From the NCBI GenBank assembly GCA_938010615.1, contig CALLUY010000034.1, forward strand, positions 982 through 64,981: a DNA stretch of 64,000 bases, in the 5' to 3' direction. The notes beneath the pieces are model-generated. The model saw nothing but the letters and a program-made list of their open reading frames with translations, ran no database searches and was not told the origin of the DNA. Below, piece after piece: positions 30,985 to 41,700 of this stretch; position 1 is the stretch's first letter; each line of letters begins with the position of its first letter. A program made the position numbers and the translations under genes. The stretch is from an uncultured Pirellulaceae bacterium (GTDB lineage: Bacteria > Planctomycetota > Planctomycetia > Pirellulales > Pirellulaceae).

Positions 30985-31021
30985 AAAGCTGAGCTCTCGA
31001 ATTCGAGAGCCCAGCTTTTTT
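30985..31021. terminator. Bidirectional intrinsic terminator
   Basis: AAAGCTGAGCTCTCGA-AT-TCGAGAGCCCAGCTTT with A and T tails, between convergent genes. Confidence 0.8.
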
Positions 31022-31062
31022 ATTTGCAGGAACCAAACCATCGTCAAACGATATGGAAGATA

Positions 31063-31935
31063 TCAACTCAACCTTCGCTCAACGGCTGCCGCCATCCGAC
31101 TCCCAAGCTCAGGCCCTTCCAACGGGTACAGATAAGGCTCAATGACTTCCAACTCCATCAGGTAGAGCTCCCCCGTTTCCGCCCTCAACATGTCAACACG
31201 AGCGTATAGCGGCATCTCTTCGAGAGAACCCAACACCGACGATGCACTCGCTAAGTCTTCAGCGGAGGCCTCGATCGCCTGCTCAGTTCCACCGTAGGAA
31301 GACTGAATTCGATAGTCACCCGAAACGGCTCGCTTAATCAACGCGTGGCAGAATTGACCGTCGACATAGATCAGGCTCAACTCGCCCTCGGTTTGTATCG
31401 AAGGAAAAAACGGCTGAGCCATCATGGCTCGATCAAGGAACGGAACGGGGTCGCCGCGTTGCAAACGATATTGACCAGCGGCACCCGCTCCAACCTGTCG
31501 TTTAACCACGAGATCATCACATTGCAGCACGTCAAACGCCTCACGCACAGACGATTCGGTTGGCGTTTCAATCCATTGAGTCGGAATTAGCTTCGCCCCA
31601 TTTTTGGCAAGCTCTTTCAAGTACCGCTTGTCTGAATTCCAACGCACCATCGCCGATGAATTAAACAGACGGGTCCTTGACTCAATCTGCTTCAGTGTTT
31701 CGAGGAATAGCTCAGCTCGATCCGAATAGTCCCAAGTCGTGCCGATAATCGCGGCGCCGAACGCTTGCCACTCGACGTCCGGTTGATCCCAGCAAACCTC
31801 CGCAATCATCATGTCTCGTTTCTGAAATTCCGGTCGCAACGCTTCCATCGTGAGGTCGTGCTCAAACGCATCGTCGCGACGATTTGGTGCACCCGGAGTG
31901 GTGACTTGTGAGCATAAGTAGGCAATCTTTTTCAT
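31063..31935 (-). CDS. RimK/glutathione synthetase-like ATP-grasp protein
   Basis: GTTWDY, WNSDKRYL, VVKRQVGAGA, GELSL, DYRIQSSYGG, LYARVD, LMELEVIEPYLY. Confidence 0.88.
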   Translation of the reverse strand: MKKIAYLCSQVTTPGAPNRRDDAFEHDLTMEALRPEFQKRDMMIAEVCWDQPDVEWQAFGAAIIGTTWDYSDRAELFLETLKQIESRTRLFNSSAMVRWNSDKRYLKELAKNGAKLIPTQWIETPTESSVREAFDVLQCDDLVVKRQVGAGAAGQYRLQRGDPVPFLDRAMMAQPFFPSIQTEGELSLIYVDGQFCHALIKRAVSGDYRIQSSYGGTEQAIEASAEDLASASSVLGSLEEMPLYARVDMLRAETGELYLMELEVIEPYLYPLEGPELGSRMAAAVERRLS

Positions 31936-32078
31936 GCCGATAATTTACGCTGACGCCCCAAGTTCAGTAAGAGGGCCATCGATCGCAGCAGAGTTCTTCT
32001 TCGCCGAACTTTTAAACTGATGACCAAACGCAGAGACACATCTTTCCTGCAACTCCAAGCTGCAAGTAACCCACAGTT

Positions 32079-33776
32079 TTATTTCTTGAGTTTCAAGATT
32101 CGTGAATCGGCCAAGTCACTTGCCTTCATCGATTTGGGTGATTTTCCGCCTGGAGCACTCCAGACCATGCTCAGCTCTTTGCCGTCAAAGAAATAGAAAC
32201 CTGAAATCGGTTTAACATTTTTCCGAGTGGACCTAATGATAATGTCGCTAACCATTTGCTTACCGAGCATTCTTTTGCCCCCCCAGCTAACGATTCCTCG
32301 CTCCGCCTTTTTTCCTTGGTGGATCAGCAACGTATCGTCGTCAAACTCGAGACTCATCTTAGCTATTTTGGCTGCTGAAATCATCTTGCCGTTATGCACG
32401 GCTTGAGTCACGTTCCATTTTCCGAGTAACGTCGGCATCGACTCCTTTGCAGAAACTTTGGATTCAGCTTCTTTCATCGGCGGCTTGGCAACAACGACTT
32501 TTTTCCGTTGGGGCTTGGTGGTGACAACTTTCTCAACCGGTTTCTTGATGGCAGGAACACGATCGGCAGCTCGAGCTTTTGACTTCGCCACCTGATTCTT
32601 TATCGCTACGTCCTTGGCGGGCGAATTGGCAAGAGTTTTCAGCGGCTTCGGTTGCGCGGGAGACTTAGTTGAATTACCGGTTGCCTTCGCGACGTCCTTC
32701 ACAGGAAGCTTCTTTGTTTTTTTGGTTTCGACTGTGGCAACTCTTGACCTAGTCTGGCCTCGGACATTCGAAAACATCCAAGCGAACATTTTGTCGTCCT
32801 CAAACGTCGGAGTCCAACAATCGTGATTCACACCAGACAGCTCAAGGTACTTTGGATCGCCGCCTAACTTCTTCAAACCTTCAACAATGTTTCGAGAGTT
32901 TTCGACGTCGACCACATCGTCTGCGTCGCCGTGGACAACGTACAACGGAACATTTTTGAATCGTTGAAGGTATCTGGGGCTGCAATCCGTTCCCCCACAA
33001 AGCGCTACTCCGGCCGCGAACATTCTCGATCGACGAGCCAACAAATCAAAGACTCCGTAACCTCCCATCGAAAGTCCGGCTGCATAGATTCGCTGTTGAT
33101 CAATCGGTTCGCTTGCGATCATGTCGTCAATGAGCGTGAGAACAGCCCGCATACTCTTGGTCGGCTGGTCTCTCATTTGGTGACTGACATCGCTCCAATT
33201 GTGATCAGTCCACTGATCATCCTTGGGACACTGCGGAAAAAGCACATACGCATTGTGATCTTCCTGAGCAACCCAATGACTGAATTCCGCACCGCCATTT
33301 TTCAGATGAGACTCATTATCCGATCCGCGTTCGCCGGCACCGTGCAGAAACACGACCAACGGATAGCGTTTTCCCGGAACCATTGTCGCAGGCTTGAGCA
33401 ACCGGTACCCCAAGTCCTTTCCCCGAGATTCGATTACTCCGTGTGAAAACAGTCTATTCATCGAAATCTCGTTGCTCCGATCAGTTTTCGATTCTGATTC
33501 CTTCCCTTTGTCCTTCTGCGTGGCAGCCGCAGCAGACCCCGTTTCCTTCTGCAACGCGACGGCAGGTGACTTCGATGAAGGATCGGAATCAGTTGGCGAA
33601 AGGGCCGCCACCGATTCGTTGGCGACCGATCCGTCAGCCACATTCACACTGGCAACGGCACTACTATTTTCGTCCGGCAGATAGCCCAACGTTTCAAGAA
33701 CTGGATACTGCGTTAACGCAGCAACCCCAACGCCAATGGCGAGACCGGCAACACAAAGGGCAGCTTTTTTTTTCAT
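32079..33776 (-). CDS. Secreted alpha/beta hydrolase (esterase/peptidase) with a Lys-rich linker and a TIGR03067-like C-terminal domain
   Basis: YPLVVFLHGAGERG, GLSMGGYG, HGDADDVV, NHDCW; C-terminal LLGKWNVTQAVHNGK. Confidence 0.85.
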   Translation of the reverse strand: MKKKAALCVAGLAIGVGVAALTQYPVLETLGYLPDENSSAVASVNVADGSVANESVAALSPTDSDPSSKSPAVALQKETGSAAAATQKDKGKESESKTDRSNEISMNRLFSHGVIESRGKDLGYRLLKPATMVPGKRYPLVVFLHGAGERGSDNESHLKNGGAEFSHWVAQEDHNAYVLFPQCPKDDQWTDHNWSDVSHQMRDQPTKSMRAVLTLIDDMIASEPIDQQRIYAAGLSMGGYGVFDLLARRSRMFAAGVALCGGTDCSPRYLQRFKNVPLYVVHGDADDVVDVENSRNIVEGLKKLGGDPKYLELSGVNHDCWTPTFEDDKMFAWMFSNVRGQTRSRVATVETKKTKKLPVKDVAKATGNSTKSPAQPKPLKTLANSPAKDVAIKNQVAKSKARAADRVPAIKKPVEKVVTTKPQRKKVVVAKPPMKEAESKVSAKESMPTLLGKWNVTQAVHNGKMISAAKIAKMSLEFDDDTLLIHQGKKAERGIVSWGGKRMLGKQMVSDIIIRSTRKNVKPISGFYFFDGKELSMVWSAPGGKSPKSMKASDLADSRILKLKK

Positions 33777-33909
33777 CAGGAAGCTCGAAGGAACGCAAAC
33801 AGTTTCGGGCTCCAGTATATCAAACAGCATGATTCGAGCAAAATAAAATGGACGAAATCGGACGATCCGATTGCCGTCAGAATCGTCACGACCAACATCC
33901 GTGAAAGGC

Positions 33910-34977
33910 CTAGAACAAATCGGTCATCAATCCGATCAACATGTTGAGTCCATTTGCGATGTTGTTGATTTGATCGATGTACAGCTTCTTAAAAAGCAAA
34001 ATGATTGCCGCTGCCAAGATGATGCCCACGAAACCCATCATTAGCACGAACCCGATCTTGCTGATGATCTGAAGATTGGCTTCTGCTTTCTCTTGCAAAT
34101 CGAGAGAGGTTCGATGCATGGTCTCGGCAAGTTTGCCCGCCGTTTCACCGTTTTCCACCGCGGCAATAAAGTCATCTGGAAACGCGTCGGTTGCGATGAA
34201 GGTTTGCGAAAAACTTTTACCCTTTCGCAAATCGTAGAGCACCTCCGGGATCACCATTTGATAGTAGTAGTTCTCGGTCGCTTCGAGTGACAATTTCCCA
34301 ATGTCCAGCACATCCATGCCGGCATTCTCAGAAGCGGACATCGCCCACGCGAAACGTGACAGCGAAAGATGTTCAAACGTTTTCCCAAGCAGCGGTACTC
34401 GTCGCGCGATCCGCATGGGCAACGTTCCGTACCAACCTTTGATCGAACCAAACACCAAAAGAAACAAAACCAAAGCGAGGAACCCAACGACGCCACAGTA
34501 CAACAAAAAGTTCCCCGTCGTGCTGCCCATACCGAACCAGTCAATCGGATCGATGCCGCCAATGTCCACCATCACCCAATGCATGACCAAAATTAATAAT
34601 CCAATCACGCCGATCGAAGCAATCAATTCAAACGCTGGCCAAGCAATCGAAGTAAGAAACCGACTGCGAAACTTGACGAGGTTTTCGTAGTGCTGCGACA
34701 GCCGCATGAAGGAATCTTCCAAGCGACCACTCTTTTCACCAGCGCGAACGACAGCCAAAGCAAGGTCCGGAAAGTAGCCATCCGAGTCAGCCATTGCATC
34801 GGTCAACGAGTCTCCATCGGCCAACTGCTTTCGAATCTGCGATGACTTTTGACGATAGATCTTGCCCGCGAATCTGGCTTCTTTCTCATAGATCGAAACC
34901 AAGTCAATTCCCGCCGAATAGCTGGTTCCCAATCTTTGAAACAGTTTGGCAAGCTGTCGGTAGCTAATTCTGGCCAT
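33910..34977 (-). CDS. Type II secretion/type IV pilus F (PilC-like) inner-membrane protein
   Basis: Two T2SSF repeats: G.SL.DAM..YFP...VRAGEKSGRL and GKSFSQ..FP...VENGETAGKL. Confidence 0.88.
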   Translation of the reverse strand: MARISYRQLAKLFQRLGTSYSAGIDLVSIYEKEARFAGKIYRQKSSQIRKQLADGDSLTDAMADSDGYFPDLALAVVRAGEKSGRLEDSFMRLSQHYENLVKFRSRFLTSIAWPAFELIASIGVIGLLILVMHWVMVDIGGIDPIDWFGMGSTTGNFLLYCGVVGFLALVLFLLVFGSIKGWYGTLPMRIARRVPLLGKTFEHLSLSRFAWAMSASENAGMDVLDIGKLSLEATENYYYQMVIPEVLYDLRKGKSFSQTFIATDAFPDDFIAAVENGETAGKLAETMHRTSLDLQEKAEANLQIISKIGFVLMMGFVGIILAAAIILLFKKLYIDQINNIANGLNMLIGLMTDLF

Positions 34978-35202
34978 GTGGATTCCTGTGACTTCCTAAC
35001 GAATTGACTGATTTTGGGGGATGGATCCGTACGCTGTCTACCTGTTTCACCGTGAAAAAATTGCCATCTGACGGTAAATGTCGTAAACTGTAGGATCTTC
35101 GGTAAGCTTGACCTCTTTTCATAGTCAACACTTGCTTTCCAGATAGTACCCGTCACTGCCGATACTTTATTGTAGTTCGACAGCAACATCAGGAAATTCA
35201 TC

Positions 35203-35370
35203 ATGCGAAAAACGTTTAGGTCAGGCGTTGAATTTTCGGGAATCAATTACATTGGAAACTATACGGACGACGTCAACGCATTCATCAGCGCCAATCCGGT
35301 TCCTGAGCCAACGTCGATGGTCATTCTTGCATCGATTGGTGCTGTCGCGTTCCTCCGAAGACGTCGTTAG
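35203..35370 (+). pseudogene. Orphan PEP-CTERM mini-ORF (55 aa), remnant or micro-protein
   Basis: MRKTFRSGVEFSGINYIGNYTDDVNAFISANPVPEPTSMVILASIGAVAFLRRRR*; in-frame stop just upstream, no signal peptide. Confidence 0.7.
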
Positions 35371-35385
35371 ATTTAAGGTTCATTC

Positions 35386-36633
35386 ATGTTTCGACTAGGT
35401 ATCGCGACAACTACGACCTTTTTGATGCTGTTCGTTTGCAGTGTCACCATCCACGCCCGCGACACCGTCTTTCTCAAATCGGGTCGCGTACTAACTGGAA
35501 AAGTTACCGAAGACGAAGCCGAAAAGGGCGGTGCTTTCATTCTTTTGACAACTGAGTCTGGGTCCATCTACAAACTGGACAAAGGCGACATCGTCAAAAA
35601 GATCGTACTACGAGAACAGATCGATCGCGATTACGAAGCGAGACTCAAACACGTTCGCGACATCGCCACAGATCATGTTGAGCTTGCGAAATGGTGTGAG
35701 AAACAGGATCGCGGCAAGACTCGATTCAAAGAGCAGATTCGCTGGCACTACGAAAACGTAATTCGACTCGATCCAGACCACACCAACGCACGCAGAAAGC
35801 TTGGCTTTATGGAGTTTGAAGATGGTTCGTGGGTTGTGCGAGCCAACTACGCGTTGCGTCAAGGCTACGTAGCAGATCGAAAACGCGACTGGGTCGCCGG
35901 ACTCAGCAAGAACGTTGACGCTAAGAATGCTGAGTACGATGCGATTGCGGGAGCGAAGAAGAAAGAGTTTAATCAGTGGACCAGAGCTGCCAAACGTGGC
36001 AACTTCCAACCTGCGGTGCTGGCTAGAATTTGTGACGCGAGCACACTTCAGATGGTCTTCGAAAGTGCAGTCGATGCTCAGTTCAACGTGGAGTTGTGTC
36101 GTGTTCATCTGGACGCCATTTCGAGTGTTCGAAGCAGTGAGGCCATCAAAATACTTGCCAACTTTGCGACCACAGCAAACCGGGAACTGCGTGAGCATGC
36201 GATTTCACTGCTCTCTCAACCAGAAATCAATCACGCAACAGCCGTTATTTTTCTGTCGCAAGGTTTGAATTTTTCGAGAAACTCTCACGTCCGCAACGCG
36301 GCATTTGCAATCGCTGAAATAGCCTCGACGGACTCCTACAGCCGCGACTTCGCCCTCGTTCCTCTAGCCGATTCTCTTGTGACCGAACATGTTCAAAAGA
36401 TTGCCGGTGCCCTCGAAGCGGGTAGGACGAGAACATCTTTTGGAGATGGCGGAACCAGTTTTCAAACTGGGGGCGGACCGCAGACCGAAAAGGTATCTGT
36501 CAAAAATCAAGCGTCCCTCGACGCGCTTCGTCGTCTTTTCGAAGCCGACTTTGGCTTTGACGAAAAGGCTTGGCGAGACTGGTACATCACGAACTACACA
36601 CGCTCGGACATGACGGTTCGCGGTGACCCTTAA
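35386..36633 (+). CDS. Secreted planctomycete HEAT-repeat-like protein
   Basis: Signal peptide, DTVFLKSG.VL.G, LAKWC..DPDHTNARRKLG, DFGFDEKAWRDWY. Confidence 0.8.
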   Translation: MFRLGIATTTTFLMLFVCSVTIHARDTVFLKSGRVLTGKVTEDEAEKGGAFILLTTESGSIYKLDKGDIVKKIVLREQIDRDYEARLKHVRDIATDHVELAKWCEKQDRGKTRFKEQIRWHYENVIRLDPDHTNARRKLGFMEFEDGSWVVRANYALRQGYVADRKRDWVAGLSKNVDAKNAEYDAIAGAKKKEFNQWTRAAKRGNFQPAVLARICDASTLQMVFESAVDAQFNVELCRVHLDAISSVRSSEAIKILANFATTANRELREHAISLLSQPEINHATAVIFLSQGLNFSRNSHVRNAAFAIAEIASTDSYSRDFALVPLADSLVTEHVQKIAGALEAGRTRTSFGDGGTSFQTGGGPQTEKVSVKNQASLDALRRLFEADFGFDEKAWRDWYITNYTRSDMTVRGDP

Positions 36634-36687
36634 CGTCTTTGATTGTGGCAGATCGGCCTGATATACTGAGACGCATCACTTTCTGAC

Positions 36688-37395
36688 ATGGGGATGCTGT
36701 CGATGCCGATCAAATTTAACTGCCATAAGTGTGGTGCCAAACTCCGAGTTCCCGAACAACACATTGGGAAAAAAGCTCGTTGCCCAAAGTGCGATGAAAA
36801 GTGTGTCGTTCCCGAAACTTCTCAACGCGATGCTGGCCCGGAACTCGGCGGCAACTTCGACGACATCGGTAACTTTCTCGACCAACCTTCAGCAGCACCG
36901 GTTGGCTTGCCTCCAGCGGTTGGCGTTCCCGTTGCGTCACAAGCGCCACCACCAGCGATGGCGACGCCTGTCGGTGCACCGCTACCAAGTTCCGTGCCTC
37001 CTCCAATGGCGAAGTCACCGTATTCAGCACCCATGAATCGAAAACCTTCCAGACGAGCCGGATCTGGTGGAGTGATGCATCCACTCTATGAAGCACGCAC
37101 GATGATGAAGATCTGGGGATGGATGACCTTCATCATGGGGATCCTTTATTGCATCACAATTTTCTACGCAATCTTCGGCTGGGTTTTCGTTTGGATGGGT
37201 TGGTTGGTAAAAGGTGCTGCCGAAGCGATCACGGTCGGTGTCGAAACAGGCGACGCGTCACAACTGGAATTGGCCTCTCAAAGGCTGGCCACCTTTTTCA
37301 GAATTCTTGGCGTCATCGCAATCATCTCAATTGCCTTCCTCGTACTTGGCCTTGTCTTAGGCATCGTGGCATTGCTAATCGGCGCCTTCGCGTAA
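36688..37395 (+). CDS. Zn-ribbon, Pro-rich linker and DUF5362-like membrane domain protein
   Basis: CHKC..GKKARCPKC; Pro-rich stretch; three TM segments. Confidence 0.78.
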   Translation: MGMLSMPIKFNCHKCGAKLRVPEQHIGKKARCPKCDEKCVVPETSQRDAGPELGGNFDDIGNFLDQPSAAPVGLPPAVGVPVASQAPPPAMATPVGAPLPSSVPPPMAKSPYSAPMNRKPSRRAGSGGVMHPLYEARTMMKIWGWMTFIMGILYCITIFYAIFGWVFVWMGWLVKGAAEAITVGVETGDASQLELASQRLATFFRILGVIAIISIAFLVLGLVLGIVALLIGAFA

Positions 37396-37483
37396 CGCGA
37401 TGGGTCCAAAGGGGCAAGAAATTTGCTATGTTGAGGCCTAAGGTTCGTTGAAGAGTTTTTCATGTTCGAAAAAGAAGATCAAA

Positions 37484-38332
37484 ATGGAAAAGTGGCCCGT
37501 CGGAGTTTTCACAAGTGTTGACGCAGGTCTGGGAGTCGATCTCGCTGTCGCGAAAGAATTGAACATTCCCACGATTCAAATTCACGCTCCGCACGCCGGC
37601 AATCGCGACGCTGCAGCTGCCGACGAACTCAAGAAACGGCTCGACGTTTACGGCATCACCGCGACCGCCGTCTTCGGAGGATTCGAAGGTGAAAGTTACG
37701 CCGACATTCCGACTGTCATCGAGACCGTTGGACTGGTTCCTCCAGCGACCCGAGCGTCTCGGCTTGCCGAAATGAAAGAGATCTCAGATTTCGCCAAACA
37801 TCTCAATTGCGACGTGATCGCATTGCATCTTGGATTCGTTCCCCACGATCGTTCGATTGAGCTCTACAAACAAACTGTTGACGTGACGCGTGAGCTCTGT
37901 GAGTACGCAGCGAAAAATGGCCAGAGCCTGCACCTGGAGACCGGTCAGGAAACAGCCAGCGGCTTGGTTGATTTTATTGACGACACCAAATGCGACAACT
38001 TGTTCGTCAACTTCGATCCGGCCAACATGATTCTTTACGGCACCGGCGAACCGATCGAAGCTCTGGAAACGCTTGGCGATCGAGTTCGCAGTGTTCACTT
38101 CAAGGACGGTCGCTGGGCAAAATCGCCCGGAGAAGAATGGGGCGAAGAAGTTCGGCTCGGTGATGGCGACGTCGACATTCAAAAGTACGTTGAAACTCTT
38201 AAGGCGATCGGCTACAACGGCCCACTGACGATTGAACGTGAGATTCCCCAAGAGCCGGAGCGACAAAAGTCAGAAATCGGCCATGCGGTTTCTTTGATCG
38301 AGCAACTACGCTCTGAAGTTTGGCCATCCTAG
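37484..38332 (+). CDS. Sugar phosphate isomerase/epimerase (xylose isomerase-like TIM barrel)
   Basis: HLETGQE, NFDPANMILYG, VHFKD, GYNGPLTIERE. Confidence 0.9.
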   Translation: MEKWPVGVFTSVDAGLGVDLAVAKELNIPTIQIHAPHAGNRDAAAADELKKRLDVYGITATAVFGGFEGESYADIPTVIETVGLVPPATRASRLAEMKEISDFAKHLNCDVIALHLGFVPHDRSIELYKQTVDVTRELCEYAAKNGQSLHLETGQETASGLVDFIDDTKCDNLFVNFDPANMILYGTGEPIEALETLGDRVRSVHFKDGRWAKSPGEEWGEEVRLGDGDVDIQKYVETLKAIGYNGPLTIEREIPQEPERQKSEIGHAVSLIEQLRSEVWPS

Positions 38333-38710
38333 ATGGCAGTGAAACAAACCGATTCGAATCTCGAAGCCTCGGCAGAGCGTTTGTTTCGAATCAAACGAGC
38401 GATCATCGGAGGCATTTCACTCGCCTGCCTGTTGATGGCTGGATTGCTGTTCGCGGCATCCCCAGATCTCAACAACATTCTGCTGGCGTCGACGGCCCGC
38501 ATTGGCATCGTGCTGTTCGCGATTTGGTTGGCGATGCCTCAGCTTCGTGGCATTCTTTCCAAACTTCCGGCAGTCCTTCCAATTGTGGCACTCGCCTTAA
38601 TCATGCTGTGTGCTGCTCGACCCAATCTTTTTCGTATCGTCGGGTCGTTGATCGTCGTCACGACGGCGCTGGTCGGAATCTCAACATGGATCAAGCGTTT
38701 CACGGCTTGA
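38333..38710 (+). CDS. Hypothetical membrane protein
   Basis: Four hydrophobic segments, RIG.VL.A.WLA.PQL; abuts the upstream stop. Confidence 0.75.
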   Translation: MAVKQTDSNLEASAERLFRIKRAIIGGISLACLLMAGLLFAASPDLNNILLASTARIGIVLFAIWLAMPQLRGILSKLPAVLPIVALALIMLCAARPNLFRIVGSLIVVTTALVGISTWIKRFTA

Positions 38711-41700
38711 GGCGATCGCCAACGTCCCTCAAGTTTGATTCGTGAGGACTGTTCCTAGAAACTGCTGACTCCTTTTCGACTCGAATCTTCAGATGCAACG
38801 GCGACTTTCCTACCGGAATAAAGCCAGGCTTCGAATCCTTGCCCAATTCATCAGAAGTCATCCAAGAATCACCATCTCGAATCAGCATTCCTTTCGTCCG
38901 CCAGCCACTAACATAGACATAGAATCGATTTTCACCGGGAACTACGTTTGCTTTGAACTGGCCGTCAACGCCAGCTTTTGCAATGCGGATTGCAGCACTG
39001 GAATCTGGCCGGTCGGGACCGTACCACCCGACCCGCACGTTGGGTACTGGCTTTCCGGTTTCATCATCCACAACGATGCCAGTCACCTTTGTCGCCTTCA
39101 CCAGTTTCATCGATTCCAGTGTAACGCTACCAACGCGCCCAGATCGAAGTTCGATCGAACGAGGATACTTTTCCTGCTCGCCGTTGCCGAAATGGGAGAT
39201 GTTGTAACTGACCGTTGACGGTGCCATGAATTTCACCCAACCATCTTTGTCGGAGACTGCTGGAATCCATCCACCAGGACGGACGACCCTCAAAGTGGAA
39301 TTTAAGCCGCTATCATGAATCTGAGCTGCAACTTTGTAGCCCGGCACTGGCTCCTTGGATTCATCATCCACAACGCGGAACTTAACTAAGGTCTGAGTAT
39401 CGAGCTTCATTTTGACGTCACTCGGAATACGAGTGACGTTAGCATACTGAGGCCCAAAGTCCGGATGTCGAATTCGAAACCATTTTTGTTGGCCGGGCCG
39501 GGCAGTGTATGGACCAAGATCGCGAATCTCGAATTTGCCCTCCGAATCTGATTTTGCGTCAGTGAACCCTTCGATCGGATCTCCATTGAGGAACATGCTA
39601 AAGACAGTCGCACCTTCCACTGGATTGCCTTCACTATCGAGAACGGTTCCGGTCAACGTCGCAGCAGGGACAAACGAGACCCTGTAGACGCCGCCTGCAG
39701 GTGACAACGACATCTTCTCGAGTTGGTCGCGCTGCAAAGGCACTCGCTGTGTCGCATATCCTTCCGCCCGAGCAAGCAAAAAGTAGCGATAATTCGAATG
39801 ACGAAACGGAAGATTATGCAGCATGACCTTACCGTTTTCGTCAGAAACAGATTCAGTAACCAGCTCGTTTCTAGGTGCCTCAGTCGATGTTCTGTACAGT
39901 CGAAATACTACTCCGGAAATTGGTCTCTTCGTTCGATCTGCTAAAAACGTCACTTGAACCGAAACGCTGTTTGATTCATTGAGATCTCCTGAACGCTGAA
40001 CTGAACTCTGATTCGCTGACTGATGGTTGAAGTCGACAACTTCCCCCGATTCGAGATTCTTCACAATATTTGGAATCAACTTCGAATAGCTTTTCAGCAA
40101 AACTGCTCGAGGATGCACTTCCTCACTCCAACCTTTCTCTTTACCAGCTTTCATCTCTACCGAATATTGTGAGATCTTTTTCTTCGCCCGTTTTCGAATG
40201 GCATCAATTCGATCTTGCATAAACAGGTGCCTCTCATCCCGATTCAATCCATATGGAATTTGATCCTGCAGCAAAATCCAGTTCAGATCGTTCACGAGTT
40301 GTGCTTTTTCCAGCTCCACCAACTCTTTGTGCAGCAGATTAATTTCTCTATTCTTCTCTGGGAATACTGAAGGCCCTCCAGTTTCAATGCTGCGAAGAGT
40401 TGCTTGCCCAACTTCTTTCTCAAGTTGGCTCGCCTGTTCGTATTTCTCATTGAGAACTCTCTTTTCTGCGAACTTCACTTCCTGCAAAAACTCCTTTGTC
40501 TCAAGGATCGATTTTTCCGTCACCTTAACGGAAGGATGTCGGGGGCCAAATTCTTTAAGCAACGACGAACGAAACAATTCCTTGCTTCTTAGAGCTTCCA
40601 TGACCTGCCACGAATGCGATGGTGAAAAGGGAATGACATCCGTGTCTTTGCTCGGTAATTCTCCGACTGCCGGACATTTCCTCAACAGTTGAACCTCGAT
40701 CCTGGCTGATAACGGAACATCATCCTTCCCCCCACTAAGAGTTGACTTTCGAAGCAGAGAATACAGGTCGCCAAGCTTACGACCGCGTACATCGATTGGA
40801 TTGAGTTCTGAGTGCGTGAGCTCTGAACCTCCATTGATGATCAACGGATATAGCCGTCTTCCGCTGGAGGCATTCGGTTCAATCAAACCTTCTACATATA
40901 CTCCGACAATGTCGCCTGGTTGCAGTAAGTGATCGTCGTCATCAACCGATGGTACAGATTCAACAGCAGACTCATCCGCATCGATGTCCAAAAACGAATA
41001 TTCCACACCAGCGATATTGAAACTTTCGTCTTCAGCGCTTTCATTTCGCACAACGCGAACGATTTCCTTGCCGCCGCGTTTCATCACGATCGTCTCTCGA
41101 TCAATCTCAACCGAATTTTCATCGCTGATTGGGCGTAGATCGTACGCACCGGATTTGATGTCAATTGACTGTTCCGTCTTCAAATCAATAACTCGAACGC
41201 CTCCACCAGAATCGACAACTTCAATCTTGATATCGGGATCACTCGTCTCGATGACCAGGTGTCCTTGATCCGTTGCGATTCGGATAATCTGAGGTGAGAA
41301 GAATGCGGCGACACCAGCAACGCACGCGGCCAACAACGCAACAATGCCCCACGCGATCCGCTTCGCATTCGAATTGGCGACAACCGGCTTCTTTGGCTTT
41401 ATCGTTGGTGTGAATTGCCACTGTGATGGCAAGCTGACAATCGCTTCCGACACAACGGAAGCTTTCGGTGGGCGATCAGCCGGCCTCTTTTGCAGAAGAT
41501 TCATCACCAACGCTGAAAGGTCCCGTGGAACCTCGCCATCGATTTCATGGGGGTGTTGCGGCGAGTCCCGCTGCACGGCTTGCAACATCGCAAGGATATT
41601 GTTGCCTTGAAACGGTAACACGCCGACGAGCATTTGATACAGAAGACAACCAAGACTGAACAAGTCGCTGCGGGCATCCAAATCTGCTCCGCGAGCTTGC

